This document shows positions 38,003-50,557 of a DNA stretch of 64,000 nucleotides, one piece after another. Origin of the DNA: Octopus sinensis. Taxonomy: Eukaryota. The stretch covers positions 43,152,001-43,216,000 of the forward strand of contig NC_042999.1 in the NCBI RefSeq assembly GCF_006345805.1, read 5' to 3'. The notes under the pieces were generated by a model. That model made no database searches and had not been told where the DNA came from. It saw only the letters and a list, made by a program, of their open reading frames with translations. Numbering within the stretch: position 1 is the first letter of the stretch; each line of letters opens with the position of its first letter. A program made the position numbers and the translations under genes.

Positions 38003-38504
38003 CTAGCAGTATCGCCCAGCGTTGCTCGGGTTTGTAAGGGAAATAACTATATAAGCATTATTAGAGAGTTACTTCCCTTATAGATGCCAATTCGGGCTTT
38101 CTTAGCCATTTCTGTTTCGGTGTCTTCAAGCCATGAAGTCGTTGTTCTAAAAGAACGCTGGTCTCCTTGACAACGCTTTACGACGTTGATTTCCTTACAC
38201 TCCCTTCCCTACAACTTCACGAGGGAGGGAAGAAGGGAAAGAAGCAAACAGGTGCAGGTGTGACCATGGATGCCAATTCCGCTGCCATCGACACACGAAA
38301 AATTATGCATTAAAATGGAATAAAAAATGACGTTAAATTATTTTTTAAATCGTAGACTCATGCTAATACTCAGACGGGCTCGATATGAATCACGACTATA
38401 AGATACCCGAATTTGGTTAAACTGCACCGCAAAATGTGGGAGTAGTTAGGAATCTAAATCGAAGGGGACAGACACTCACACAACTACAGTTTTACATATA
38501 TAGA
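38003..38504 (-). mobile_element. Non-autonomous Helitron (502 bp)
   Basis: On the minus strand it reads A|TCTATATATG...CCCGAGCAACGCTGGG(hairpin)CGATACTGCTAG|T: 5' TC, 3' CTAG, subterminal hairpin, AT target, no TSD. Confidence 0.9.
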
Positions 38505-39183
38505 TTTCCCAGGTTATCCTCATCATCATTAAGTTGACCAAATTGGCATGGAATAAATGGGCTGCTATGTTCCAAGTGAGCTCTTACTGCCCTTCTAGAT
38601 AGGTCAGAAGACTATGGTTCACTTGCATTACATGTGTATGTATGCATGCCTATGTACACAAATGCTGACATTCAACAAGTTTCACCTGTCACCATCTGTG
38701 GTGATGTGATGCGATGTTTGCATTCCTTGTTCACATTAAGACCAGTCTCTCCTCACTTTCAAAACCTACTGGAATAAGAGAATTCCTAACCCTTTAAACA
38801 GGCTGTATCCAGTCCAAAATATTCAACCTGCTTTGTGTTTAAACCAATCAGATCTGGCCTCTCACACCTATACTACAGTGTCATTTTTAAAATAATCACC
38901 ACATCTTTGAGATCTCAAAGCTACAAGATAATGCAAGATTAATTTAAAATAATGTGTATAAATAAGCTTTACATTTGACAGAATAATCTGAATGCTAAAG
39001 GGTCAATAGAAAAACATGCAAGAGTTAGAAACAGGAAATGCATCTGACCATAAAATACAAGTCTAAAATGAGCCTCTGTGCAACCCATGCTCACCTGGGA
39101 AAAGAATATTTTGTTTGTGTGAGAGAGGGGGGAGTGATAGAGAGAAAGAGAGAAAACATGTGAATGCATACAATAAAAATGAT

Positions 39184-39490
39184 ATCATCATTATCGTTTA
39201 ACATCCGCTTTCCATGCTAGCATGGGTTGGACGATTTGACTGAGGACTGGCAAGCAAGATGGCTGCACCAGGCTCCAATCTTGATCTGGCAGAGCTTCTA
39301 CAGCTGGATGCCCTTCCTAACGCCAACCACTCCAAGAGTGTAGTGGATACTTTTACATGCCACTGGCACGAGGGCCAGTCAAGCGGTACTGGTGACGGCC
39401 ACGGGAAAATGGGTTGTTTTTTTTTGTTTTTTTAACGTGCCACCTGCACACTGGTAACGATCACACTCGAATGGTGCTTTTTATGTGCCG
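39184..39490 (-). mobile_element. SINE/LINE-derived family C with (GAT)n tail
   Basis: (CAT)n GTTTAAC.TCCGCTTTCCATGCTAGCATGGGTTGGAC...GGATGCCCTTCCTAACGCCAACCAC. Copies at 43634-43860, 47447-48012, 49256-49435 and 58803-59010. Confidence 0.8.
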
Positions 39491-40043
39491 CAAATTGCAC
39501 ATTTAAAGCAAAAACAACATGTAGCATACCAGTTACTATCCTATAACTGAACTGTGTTAAATATGCTATCAGCAAAGGTAAATATAAAAGTGAAATGCCG
39601 AAAACCAGGAATAGTGTAACAAGGACATCAGCATAAGCTTCCTGACAGAGAATTTACCTTTCCATTCTACTAAACAGTTCAATTAGTACTGGAATATTGG
39701 AATCAAGATTAGTTCAAGCCAATTAGATAAGACTTAACTTAATCTTTTTTCCTTTCCTCTTCATTAAAAAAAAAAAAAAATTCCCTGAGAGACCACAAAA
39801 GTCCCATCCATTCCCCCCACCAGTAGTACCAGCATCAGCAAATGTTGTAAAGTAAACAACAGATTTCATTCACATCTACAAGGGATGGTTATATCATCTT
39901 AGTAACTGTTATTGGAATTTGTCCCATTTCGTGCTGTGTCTTAATTAGACAGGGGTTTGCTTGGATTTTTTAATTTGTCTTACTTGTACCTAAATACTAA
40001 AACCAAAACAAAAATAAGAAAAAGATTATTAATCTCGTCGTTG

Positions 40044-40083
<40 letters not shown>

Positions 40084-40628
40084 CTTCATCATCATCATTT
40101 AATTAGGCATAAAGCATTAGGAAGTTAATCTTTTTGCCAATGTACACATTTGCTGAAACAAACGAGTGATTAATAACATAATTACTCTTGCCTTGGAACA
40201 AGCCCAATAGCTGCTTTCTTTCTTTCTTTTGTTGTTGTTTTTAAAGAATTACTTAAGGTCTAATAAACTGACCCAAATTTATTACTGGTATCTTCTTTAT
40301 TAATTCACAACAGAGGATGAAAACTAAATTCTGCTTCAGTGTGCAAAGGTTTTAATTGTTTAACGCCACACCAACTCTGATCAAAGCTATTCCAGTTGTG
40401 GCAATGCTACTTTATTTTCAGGCATAGGACCACATTAACTAGGACCACATTAACAAATTTACATGTTTCCCGCTGTTTTTGTTTTTTTGTTATTTTCTTG
40501 TAAAGATGGCAAAGTGGGAGCTTCAATTTGGTTGCTATTTCTAGTTGGTCAGCCACCATATCGAATGGTCATGGACAAACTGCAGCCTCCAGCATTTTCT
40601 GAATGGTACACCAAACGAAAAATTATCT

Positions 40629-40659
<31 letters not shown>

Positions 40660-41022
40660 GGTAGTGTGGCCCACCTATGACAAGCCATATCAAACAAATT
40701 GCTCACAGTACTTCTTCCTTTATTTTTAAACGAAAAAATATCTGGCACTCATTCTATCAGTCTCAGTTGCTAAACTATTAAGTTATAGGGGTGTAAACAA
40801 ACCAATGCTATTCATCAAGCAGTGAGGGAATAGAAACAAATATAAGCACAAAACAAACATGATGGGCTTCCACATAGTTCCCATCTATCAAATCCACTCA
40901 TAAAGCAATGATCAGCTTGGGGTTATAGAAGAAGACAGTTTCCCAAGGTGTCGCACAGTGGAACTGAACTCAAACTGCATGGTTGTAAATAGAGCCTCAT
41001 AACCACACAGTCATGCCTGCAT

Positions 41023-41440
41023 CTTATTTCTTTATTGCCCACAAGGGGCTAAATATTGAGGAGACAAACAAGGACAAACAAAAGGATTAAGTTGATTACA
41101 TCGACACCAGTGCCAAACTGGTACTTTATTTACCGATCCCGAAAGGATGAAAAGCAAAGTCGACCTCGGCGGAATTTGAGCTCAGAACATAGCAGCAGAC
41201 AAAATACCTATACCTTTACTACCCACAAGGGGCTAAACACAGAGAGGACAAACAAGAACAGACAAACGGATTAAGTCGATTATATCGACCCCAGTGCATA
41301 ACTGGTACTTATTTAATTGATCCCGAAACGATGAAAGGCAAAGTCGACCTCAGCGGAATTTGAACTCAGAACGTAACGGCAGACGAAATACCGCTAAGCA
41401 TTTCGCTCGGCGTGCTAACGTTTCTGCCAGCTCGTCGCTT
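41023..41440 (-). mobile_element. Two tandem SINE family A copies (one truncated)
   Basis: CCACAAGGGGCTAAA occurs at about 41039 and 41223. The copies are diverged from each other. Confidence 0.85.
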
Positions 41441-42009
41441 TGCATCTGTCTATATAGAGCAAACCAAGAGATAGATAGAAGAAATCAGAAGATAAAAACA
41501 AGTCATATGATTGACAGAAGAGAGAAAAGAGAGAAAAAATAAAAACAAAAGTAGGAAAAAAAGAAAAAGAGAAGATAGGAAGGAAAAAAAAAAAAACAAC
41601 AGAAGGCAATAAAGAAGAAACCTATCAAGATTGGATTAAGTAATCCATGTAGGTAGAATGGAAGTCAAAACAGTTTGTGTAATTAATTTACAGACTGGAC
41701 AAGATGAAACAACATATTAACACGGGAGGATCTATAGCAGGGTAGACTAAACAAACAGAGAAAGACAAAGAGAGAATGAAAGAAAGAAAGAGATAGTATA
41801 AAAAGATACAAGAACAAAATAATCCTGTTATGAATCACAAGAATTCATCAAGCCAATACTTCACTACAATTTCTGTAGTGTTAATAAGATGAAACATTAA
41901 TACATCCCCATCTCATTCATTCATCTTCATTCATACTTTGTTTTAGTCGTCAATCAGCAGAATGTTTTGCTGTATTCATTCCAGCTGTCTACAATCTTGA
42001 GTTCAAATA

Positions 42010-42227
42010 CAATAATCCCTTGACTATACGTGGGTGATATGTTCCAAAACCACCTCCCATGATAGGTGAAAATCTGTGAAGTAGAAATAGTAGTGTGCTT
42101 TATGTTTCTTTGTTTGTTATTTTTATAATTTGTATATATTTATTTTATTGTAAATGCAAGACAACAGCACAGAGGAGGAATCGATGTAAGCTTAAATAAT
42201 AAACCATGATATGGCAAGGGATTACTG
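42010..42227. mobile_element. Tigger/pogo-like MITE inserted in a SINE-A remnant
   Basis: TA|CAATAATCCCTTG...CAAGGGATTACTG|TA (12/13 TIR). The flanks rejoin as GAGTTCAAATACTGCTGAGGTCAACTTT, which is SINE-A sequence. Confidence 0.85.
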
Positions 42228-44763
42228 TACTGCTGAGGTCAACTTTACCTTTTATTGTTTCAACAATATTCACTAAATAAAACACCTGTCAAAAACTAGA
42301 GGGGGGGGTCCTACCAGGTTTTAAAAATGCCCAAGGTAAGTTGTATATCACAACAACACTCTACCAAGGCACACTTTATATCACATCAGAGACTGAAGAC
42401 CCTACTACATTCTGTATAACTTTTTCTGCTCACCTGCCTCAGGTAAAATAGTTGACAACTTTCACTTGCAATGACTTCATATTCTTGCTCCTCTCTTTCA
42501 AATAAAATCTTTCTCCACCCCCACCCTCCATCACACGGATTAACTGTAGATCAAGGAAGGCAATGATAAAAAATTTATCAACAGATGCTATATTGCTGAG
42601 CAGATGCAAAAGTCCAGGCTGATATAAAGACCCCAGGAAATGCAAAAAACCCAGCAGATACAAACACTCAGCCTAAGTTAGGGAAAAAGGAGAGTCAAAG
42701 ACTAAAATCTTGATAAGAGATTTGTCATGATTCTTCCTACTGAGGCACAAAATCTGAATATGAGTTGCCTGGTCAGTTACATTGACCCCAGATACTGAAA
42801 GCAGAACTTGACCATGGCAGAATTTGAACTCAAAATGTAAAAGCCTGAAAAAATGCCACTAAGCATTTTGTTTGTCATGCTAACGATAATTATACAGTAA
42901 TTAATAGCTCATACACACATTAGGTCTATTCCAATGTGCTTCATAAATATTTGTTTATTACATTCATAGCCTTAATGATCTCAGTTTTGAAACTATTACA
43001 AAACTAATAGCCAGAGTTCAGTCAGCTCAGATCAAACAGACTTATATTGAAAGGTATTCCAATCATGACTATTCTGGATATATGACAGTATGTTACCTAA
43101 CATGTCGTTCCTTTTCCAAAACAGTAGGGGGATACATAGCTTTTGCAAGCAATAAAACAAGCAACTGATGTATGAAAGCAGTAAAGGAATAAAAACTAAT
43201 ACAACATAAAAAAGTATGCTTTTAGTCATAGCACCAACTTCTCTTGCATCTGTAGCATAAAAAACTACAACTAAGCCATGCTGTAAAGTGGTTGGTGATA
43301 GCAAGGGCATACAACAGTTAAAAAAGTGTCTGCACCACACCAAAAGAAAAGACATGACTATGCAGAACAGACAGTGAAGACCCTTATGTTGAAGTTTGTG
43401 TTATAACAAAGGGACTACAACAGAGAATGAGACTCTTGGGCTTGGTTGAGGGCAATATAAAACAGAGTTAACCGCTTTGATACCAACCTATCAGAGTCTG
43501 CCACTTAGTTCTATTACACAAACCTTCCATTTTAAAATGATCTAAATTGAAGCCTTCAAAGAAAATTTATGTTAATTTATCTTCCAAACAGTAGCTTAAT
43601 AATGACAAAGTTATTTTACTAAATTCTTCATTCTCATCATCATCATCATCGTTTAATGTCCGCTTTCCATGCTAGCATGGGTTGGACAATTGACTGAGGA
43701 CTGGCAAACCAGATGGCTGCACCAGGCTCCAATCTTGATCTGGCAGAGTTTCTACAGCTGGATGCCCTTCCTAACGCCAACCACTCCGAGAGTGTAGTGG
43801 GTGCTTTTACATGCCACCAGCACGAGGGCCAGTCAGGCAGTAGTGGCACAGGCCACGAAAAAATTGTGTTTTTTTTTTTTAACATGTCACCTCATTATCT
43901 TAAGAATTAAACTGAAATATAGTAACAGAACAATTTGTGGCATATAATATAGTATCACAATGACTTGTGGTGTATAAGCGTGGCAACCATGTAAACACCC
44001 AAGAGAGCATTTTGCCTGGTATAATTCTGTCCCTTGTATTTCCTTCTCAATTTCCCTTTCTATGTCTTATTTCCTATTCTGAAGAAGCACAATATCTGAA
44101 ACATAACAATGCTTTCCATTTTAATGGAGCATCAAATTAATGATTTTAGTCATGAACTTACCACTTTTTTTTTGTTTTTGTTCTCCTCGTCTCTCTCCCC
44201 CACTTTCTCCTCACTTTCAGTACACACACACACACACAAATGCAAACACACACGCATGCATGCATGCATGCACAGACACAAATGCACTATACTATGTGAT
44301 AATTTAACATCAATTTACTCACCCACAACGACATCTCTCTACTTACCAGCCACCCCCAAAATTTACAAACATAACTGATAAGTAAGTAGGTCTATCTCGT
44401 AACAACATTGATTTCGCACAGTTAGCACTTCTTAAAAGCATATTTATTTTTACTGATAAGACAAGAGTTAATACACACACACACACACACACAAGCCTTA
44501 AAGTGAAACCAGTTTGCAGCTCAATGTTGCCAAACAAAAAAAGTACATAAACAACAAAATTATAAACAAATAAAAAAAACAACTGAACAAGTACATGAAA
44601 TAATACAACTTGAAGACACACACAGAGTACATTAAATTGCATTACACTTCTAGATTGTTTTTCTTAAGTACAAAACTCATAACAGTTTAATGCCACATTG
44701 AATTACAAAATAAACAGCCAAAATGTTAGATATGTTGTCGCATATTTGTTATACGGGGATTAG

Positions 44764-44831
<68 letters not shown>

Positions 44832-45184
44832 TCATCAAGTGTAAAACTGTAAACTTGATCCTATAAATAGAGTTTTAATATCAACAATATTATCAACAAC
44901 TATTACTACAAGTAGTAGTAGTAACAGTAGCAGTACTACTACTACTACTACAGCTCTACTCGTTTCTAGCATTCTATGTAGATATTAGATGTTAGAAGAA
45001 AACAGATGAAAAGATAAAAAGAAAAAGAAGAAAGATATAAAGAGGTTGTAATGTTTGCAATTTAAACCTCCAGTCAAGAAAACTAAAGGTGCTTTACTTT
45101 CAGAAATGTTAAGTGTTTACATCTTTCAACACAGGCAGAACTGCAGCTTCTTTAAAAAGATTCTTAGTTCAAGTGTGTGAGTGA

Positions 45185-45222
<38 letters not shown>

Positions 45223-45596
45223 ATGTGTGTGTGTGCGCTGTGTTGTGTAAATGTATCAGTATCATCGTTGTAATGTCTGCTTTCCCAAGCTTGTATGGAT
45301 CAGATGTGATTCAGGGAGGCAGAATTTCTCTTCCCCAACATCAAACTTCAGTTTTCAAGCAAGGTAATATTTTCCCCTAGCCCAGGCATGATTTTCACAG
45401 AAAACAACAAACAAACATCACCACTCATACAACTACACACACACACACACACACACACGCTTCTGTTCCCATCTACCAAATTTACTCACAGGCCCAAGGC
45501 TATAGAAGACACTTACTCAAAGTGCTGCAAAGTGGGCCTCAGTCTAACACAACATGGTTACAAAGCCCCACTCACAACTACAGCGCTACCTGTTAA

Positions 45597-46552
45597 CCCT
45601 TTAGCATTCAGATTTCTCTGTCAAACATAATACATATTTATTAACATTGATTTGAATTAACCATACATTATCTTGCAGCTTTGAAATTTCGATTTTGGGA
45701 TTACTCTTTACTCTTTTACTTGTTTCAGTCATTTGACTGCGGCCATGCTGAAGCACCACCTTTAATCGAGCAACTCGACCCCGGGACTTATTCTTTTGTA
45801 AGCCCAGTACTTATTCTATTGGTCTCTTTTGCAGAACGTTATCTTGCAGCTTTGAAATTTTGATTTTGGGATTACTCTTTTACTTGTTTCAGTCATTTGA
45901 CTGCAGCCATGCTGGAGCACCGCCTTTAATCGAGCAACTCGACTCCGGGACTTATTCTTCTGTAAGCCCAGTACTTATTCTATTGGTCTCTTTTGCCGAA
46001 CCGCTAAGTAACGGGGACACAAACAAAAACACGCATATATGTATATATATATATATACGACGGGCTTCTTTCAGTTTCCGTCTACCAAATCTACTCACAA
46101 AGCATTGGTCGGCCCGAGGCTATAGTAGAAGACACTTGCCCAAGGTGCCACGCTGTGGGACTGAACCCGGAACCATGTGGTGGGTAAACAAGCTACTTAC
46201 CACACAGCCATTCCAGCGCCTGATTGTTTATTTTTCGTAAGACATTATAGGGTAGGTGTAAAAAACTGTATTTAGCAAGTTTAACCCTTTCGATACCAAC
46301 CCGGCTGAAACCGGCTCTGGCTGAGTACAAATGTCTTGTTTCCATAAGTTTTGAATTAAAATCTTCCACCAAATCTTAGTCACAATTTATGTTTCTAACA
46401 CTAGCTTAATGATAACCAAGTTATTTTACTAAATTCTTTATTATATTTAAAAGAAACACAGAGCATCTCAAAATAAATCCAGTAACGAAAGGGTTAAAAA
46501 TAAAATAAAAACACTAATTTGGTTGAACATGCCTCGTTTAAAAGCTAATGGG
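45597..46552. mobile_element. MITE MB containing SINE-B (45701-46220, minus), a 171-bp duplication and MITE MA (46285-46493)
   Basis: Outer TTAA|CCCTTTAGC...GCTAATGGG|TTAA. The inner elements interrupt collinear MB sequence, and the inner MA has its own TTAA pair. Confidence 0.85.
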
Positions 46553-46861
46553 TTAAAATTTCACAAATGCAAACAAAACAATCTGACTTGCTTTGTTCTT
46601 TTGCTCATGTGCTAAAAATATAAAAATTTCAAAGGTCAAGTCAAAAAGAATACTAACTGCCTTATTTGTAATGGAATCAAAATTTTTTTCCATTTTATCT
46701 AAAATATGACCAACCCATCTTTTTTACACTATTAAATTTTAAAAATTAGTTTTCAAATTTTCCAATCATGACCTTCCCTCACTACCACCACCATTAGTAA
46801 GAATAAAAGCACTTTTCTATACATGCATACATATGAACGAGAAAGCAAACAATTCAGTTAA

Positions 46862-47306
46862 TCCTTGAGCATTTAACCCTTTAGCATTCAGATTACTCTG
46901 TCAAATGTAAAGCCTGTTTAATCACATTGTTTTAAATTAATTGTACAGCATTTTGTAACTCTGAGATTTTGATGATGACCCTGTTTATTTTTAGAATGAC
47001 TTTGTAGGGTAGGTGTGAGAGGTCAGAGCTGGCTGGTTTGAGCATAAAACAGGAAGACAATTTTGGCCTGATATGGCCGGTTTAAACACTAAAGGGTTAA
47101 ACAGGCCATATCCAGCCTAAATATTTTTCCAGCTTTACTATGTTCAAACTGGTTAGATCTGGCCTATCACACTGACCCTTCAATGTCATTCTATAAACAA
47201 TCACATCATTGATATTTCAAAACTATAAGATAAAGCTTGGTTAATTTAAAACAGTGTGTGAATAAATAGGCATAACATTTGACAGGGTACTCTGAATGCT
47301 AAAGGG
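46862..47306. mobile_element. MITE MB copy (46877-47096) inserted into the TTAA inside the terminus of an oppositely oriented MB copy
   Basis: TTAA at 46873-76 and 47097-100. The outer copy resumes ACAGGCCATATCC...GAATGCTAAAGGG. Confidence 0.85.
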
Positions 47307-47614
47307 CTGAGTTGAAATTAATATGCAGAGAATTGAGTTGCTGAGAATCAGTGCTGTGTTTGTTGGTTTAAAAGTTTTGATTTGTAACTATATTTCTATT
47401 AACATGCAGACTCTTTATGTCTGTCCACTTCGCCTTTCATACAAGTCATCATCATCATCATCATCATCATTTAGCGTCCGTTTTCCATGCTAGCATGGGT
47501 TGGACGGTTCAACTGGGGTCTGTGAAGCTGGAAGGCTTCATCAGGCCCAGTCAGATCTGGCAGTGTTTCTACGGCTGGATGCCCTTCCTAACGCCAACCA
47601 CTCCGTGAGTGTAG

Positions 47615-48012
47615 TGGGTGCTTTTTACGTGCCACCCACACAGGTGCCAGACAGAGCTGGCAAACGGCCACGAACGGATGGTGCTTTTACGTGTCACCGG
47701 CACGGGGACCAGGCAAGGCTGGAAACGGACACGAACGGATGGTGCTTTTACGTGTCACCGGCACGGGGGCCAGGCGAGGCTGGCAATGGACACGAATGGA
47801 TGGTGCTTTTACATGCCACCGACACGGGGGCCAGACAGGGCTGGCAAACGGCCACGAACGGATGGTGCTTTTACGTGTCACCGGCACGGGGGCCAGACAG
47901 AGCTGGCAAACGGCCACGAACGGATGGTGCTTTTACGTGTCACCGGCACAGGGGCCAGACAGAGCTGGCAAACGGCCACGAACGGATGGTGCTTTTACGT
48001 GTCACCGGCACG
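47615..48012 (+). repeat. 61-62-bp GC/CpG-rich tandem array (about 6.5 units) inside a family C element
   Basis: GGATGGTGCTTTTAC at 47676, 47737, 47798, 47860, 47922 and 47984. Confidence 0.95.
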
Positions 48013-48444
48013 TATCAGACAAAATTAATACTGGGGTTAATATAATCAATGAAAGAAAAAGAAAAAAAAAAAACTTGAAGCTGGTACTCCAGCATGGCCA
48101 TATACTAATGACAGAGACTATAAAGAAACAATTTATACAGAAACTCTTCACCTCATATACACACCAAGTGTGTAAGGAGTAATGTAAAACAGCTTCTTGT
48201 AATAAGGTAGGAACAGGATGGACATGTATGAGAGAGGAGGTATTACACATGAGTAAATCGATTTTTAAGATAAGGTCTGGACTTTGCGTTTATCAACTGT
48301 GGAAAGTTGACCCTGGCATGAAGGGTATATTGTATAATGAAATAGAACTAAGCTTAAAAGAACTTATAGTTACTACTAACCAAATATGAGTAATCTAAGA
48401 ATCTGACTGACTCACAGGATATATGCCCTTCTATCACGCCATGT

Positions 48445-48478
<34 letters not shown>

Positions 48479-48985
48479 CATTAAGAATAGGAGGCACTAA
48501 CAGAAAAATGGAAATTAAAACTAATTTTCTCAGATCTGAACTTTGACACCTTATTGATTAGGTCAGGCCAAATTTCCAAGAATTTACATAACTAAACACT
48601 GAGAAGACTTTAGATGAAGTATAGAAATTTGAAACCAGTGCCATTTGCCATGCCTTGATTAATCATTGGATACAGTGCTTGCTGCCTTAACATGAAATGA
48701 AATGGTGCAACATGGAAGGATATGATGATAAGGATAATGATGATGATGATACAAAGTGGAATGGAGATGAACATGCAAGTTTCAACACACAACTGCACCA
48801 ATGGTAACAAAATATGCAATTGATGCAAGTATTGTTGTGTATATACAGAATTTGCTTTCTTGGCATGCCAACTCAAGATCTATCTCATTGTGTGACACCT
48901 CAGGCCAATGTAGTCACTAAGTGACCAATGTCTGGAGATTGGTAGTAGATATAAACAATACTGAAGAGTGCGTGATTGTGTACTA

Positions 48986-49189
48986 TTTACTCTTTTACTT
49001 GTTTCAATCATTTGACTGTGGCCAAGCTGGAGCACCGCCTTTAGTCGAGCAAATCGACCCCAGGACTTTTTCTTTGTGAGCCTAGTACTTATTCTATCGG
49101 TCTCTTTTGCCGAACTGCTAAGTTACGGGGACGTAAACACACCACTATCAGTTGTCAAGCGATGTTGTTGGGACAAACACAGACACACA

Positions 49190-49255
<66 letters not shown>
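48986..49255 (-). mobile_element. SINE family B 3' half
   Basis: Runs from the tail through the internal (TA)n, then is replaced by a family C element. Confidence 0.85.
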
Positions 49256-49258
<3 letters not shown>

Positions 49259-49700
49259 TCATCATCATCATCATCATCGTTTAACGTCCGTTTTCCGCGC
49301 TAGCACGGGTTGGACGGTTTCGACCGGGGTCTGGGGAGCTCGGGACTGCCCCAGGCTCCAGTCTAGTCTGGCAGCGTTTCTACAGCTGGATGCCTTTCCT
49401 AACGCCAACCACTCCGCGAGTGTAGTGGGTGCTTTAAAATATATATATACATGGGAAAATGAACATAAATCAAACAAACAAATGAATGAAGCCTTTATAC
49501 GGTCACTCAACTTGCTAAAGATAGCAGCCAAATTTCATTTGAACCACACCTCTCCTCTCATATTAAACAAAGAAAAAACCATTGGATCAAGGTAATACTC
49601 TATGAATGAAATAAAAAGTGGTGGGTATGGCTGGAATGTCTTTGACCAAAGATCTGCTCAATCAAGACTAACCTGGGGCTAACAAAAAAAAAAATACAAT

Positions 49701-50110
49701 AGACAGGAGTGGCTGTGTGGTAAGTAGCTTGTTTACCAACCACATGGTTCCGGGTTCAGTCCAACTGCGTAGCATCTTGAGCAAGTGTCTTCTGCTATAG
49801 CCCCGGGCCAACCAAAGCCTTGTGAGTGAATTTGGTAGACGAAAACTGAAAGAAGACTGTCGTATATATATGTATATATATGTGTGTGTGTTTGTGTGTC
49901 TGTGTTTGTCCCCCTAGCATTGCTTGACAACCAATGCTGGTGTGTTTATGTCCCCGTTACTTAGCGGTTCGGCAAAAGAAACCGATAGAATAAGTACTGG
50001 GCTTACAAAAGAATAAGTCCTGGGGTCGAATTGCTCGATTAAAAGGCGGTGCTCCAGCATGGCCGCAGTCAAATGACTGAAACAGGTAAAAGAGTAAAAG
50101 AGTAAAGAGA
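49701..50110 (+). mobile_element. SINE family B copy
   Basis: Full body and (GTAAAAGA)n tail. Confidence 0.9.
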
Positions 50111-50557
50111 GACACTGTTTGACTGAAATCATTGAAGCTGCAGAAAACTAGCTCTTCTCAGCAAGATAAATAAATGAACGAATAAATAATGCGAACTCTT
50201 TGAAACATGTTGAAATAGTTTAACGATTAAAGATATTGGGATAATGACAAATATACATCGTGGCATCTGTGGTTATGTTTGAGTAGATGTCTTAGCTGCC
50301 TTTTATTATAATTCCATTCACATCTAGGATGCTTTATAGCAATATTATGTTGACCACAGTACTTGACTGATACTTGATTTTTATCGATCTCCAGAAGGAT
50401 GAAAGACAAAGTTGACTCTGACATTACTTAAACACAGAACATAAAAAGCAGAAACTAAATACTACAAAACTCTAATGCTCTGGCAATTCTGACAATCCAC
50501 TGCCGTCACGAGTAATATAAGAGGTTAGCTGTCCAGTTTTAATTATGAAGATGCACA

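Noticed and set aside
44079-44105. CTGAAGA..GAAAC minimal hammerhead-like core
   Set aside because: Only a 2-bp stem II and no stem III or cleavage triplet.
47500-48182. Overlapping 136-181-aa ORFs and CRISPR-like periodicity
   Set aside because: A tandem repeat with no unique spacers and no cas genes in eukaryotic DNA; the ORFs shift frame at each unit.
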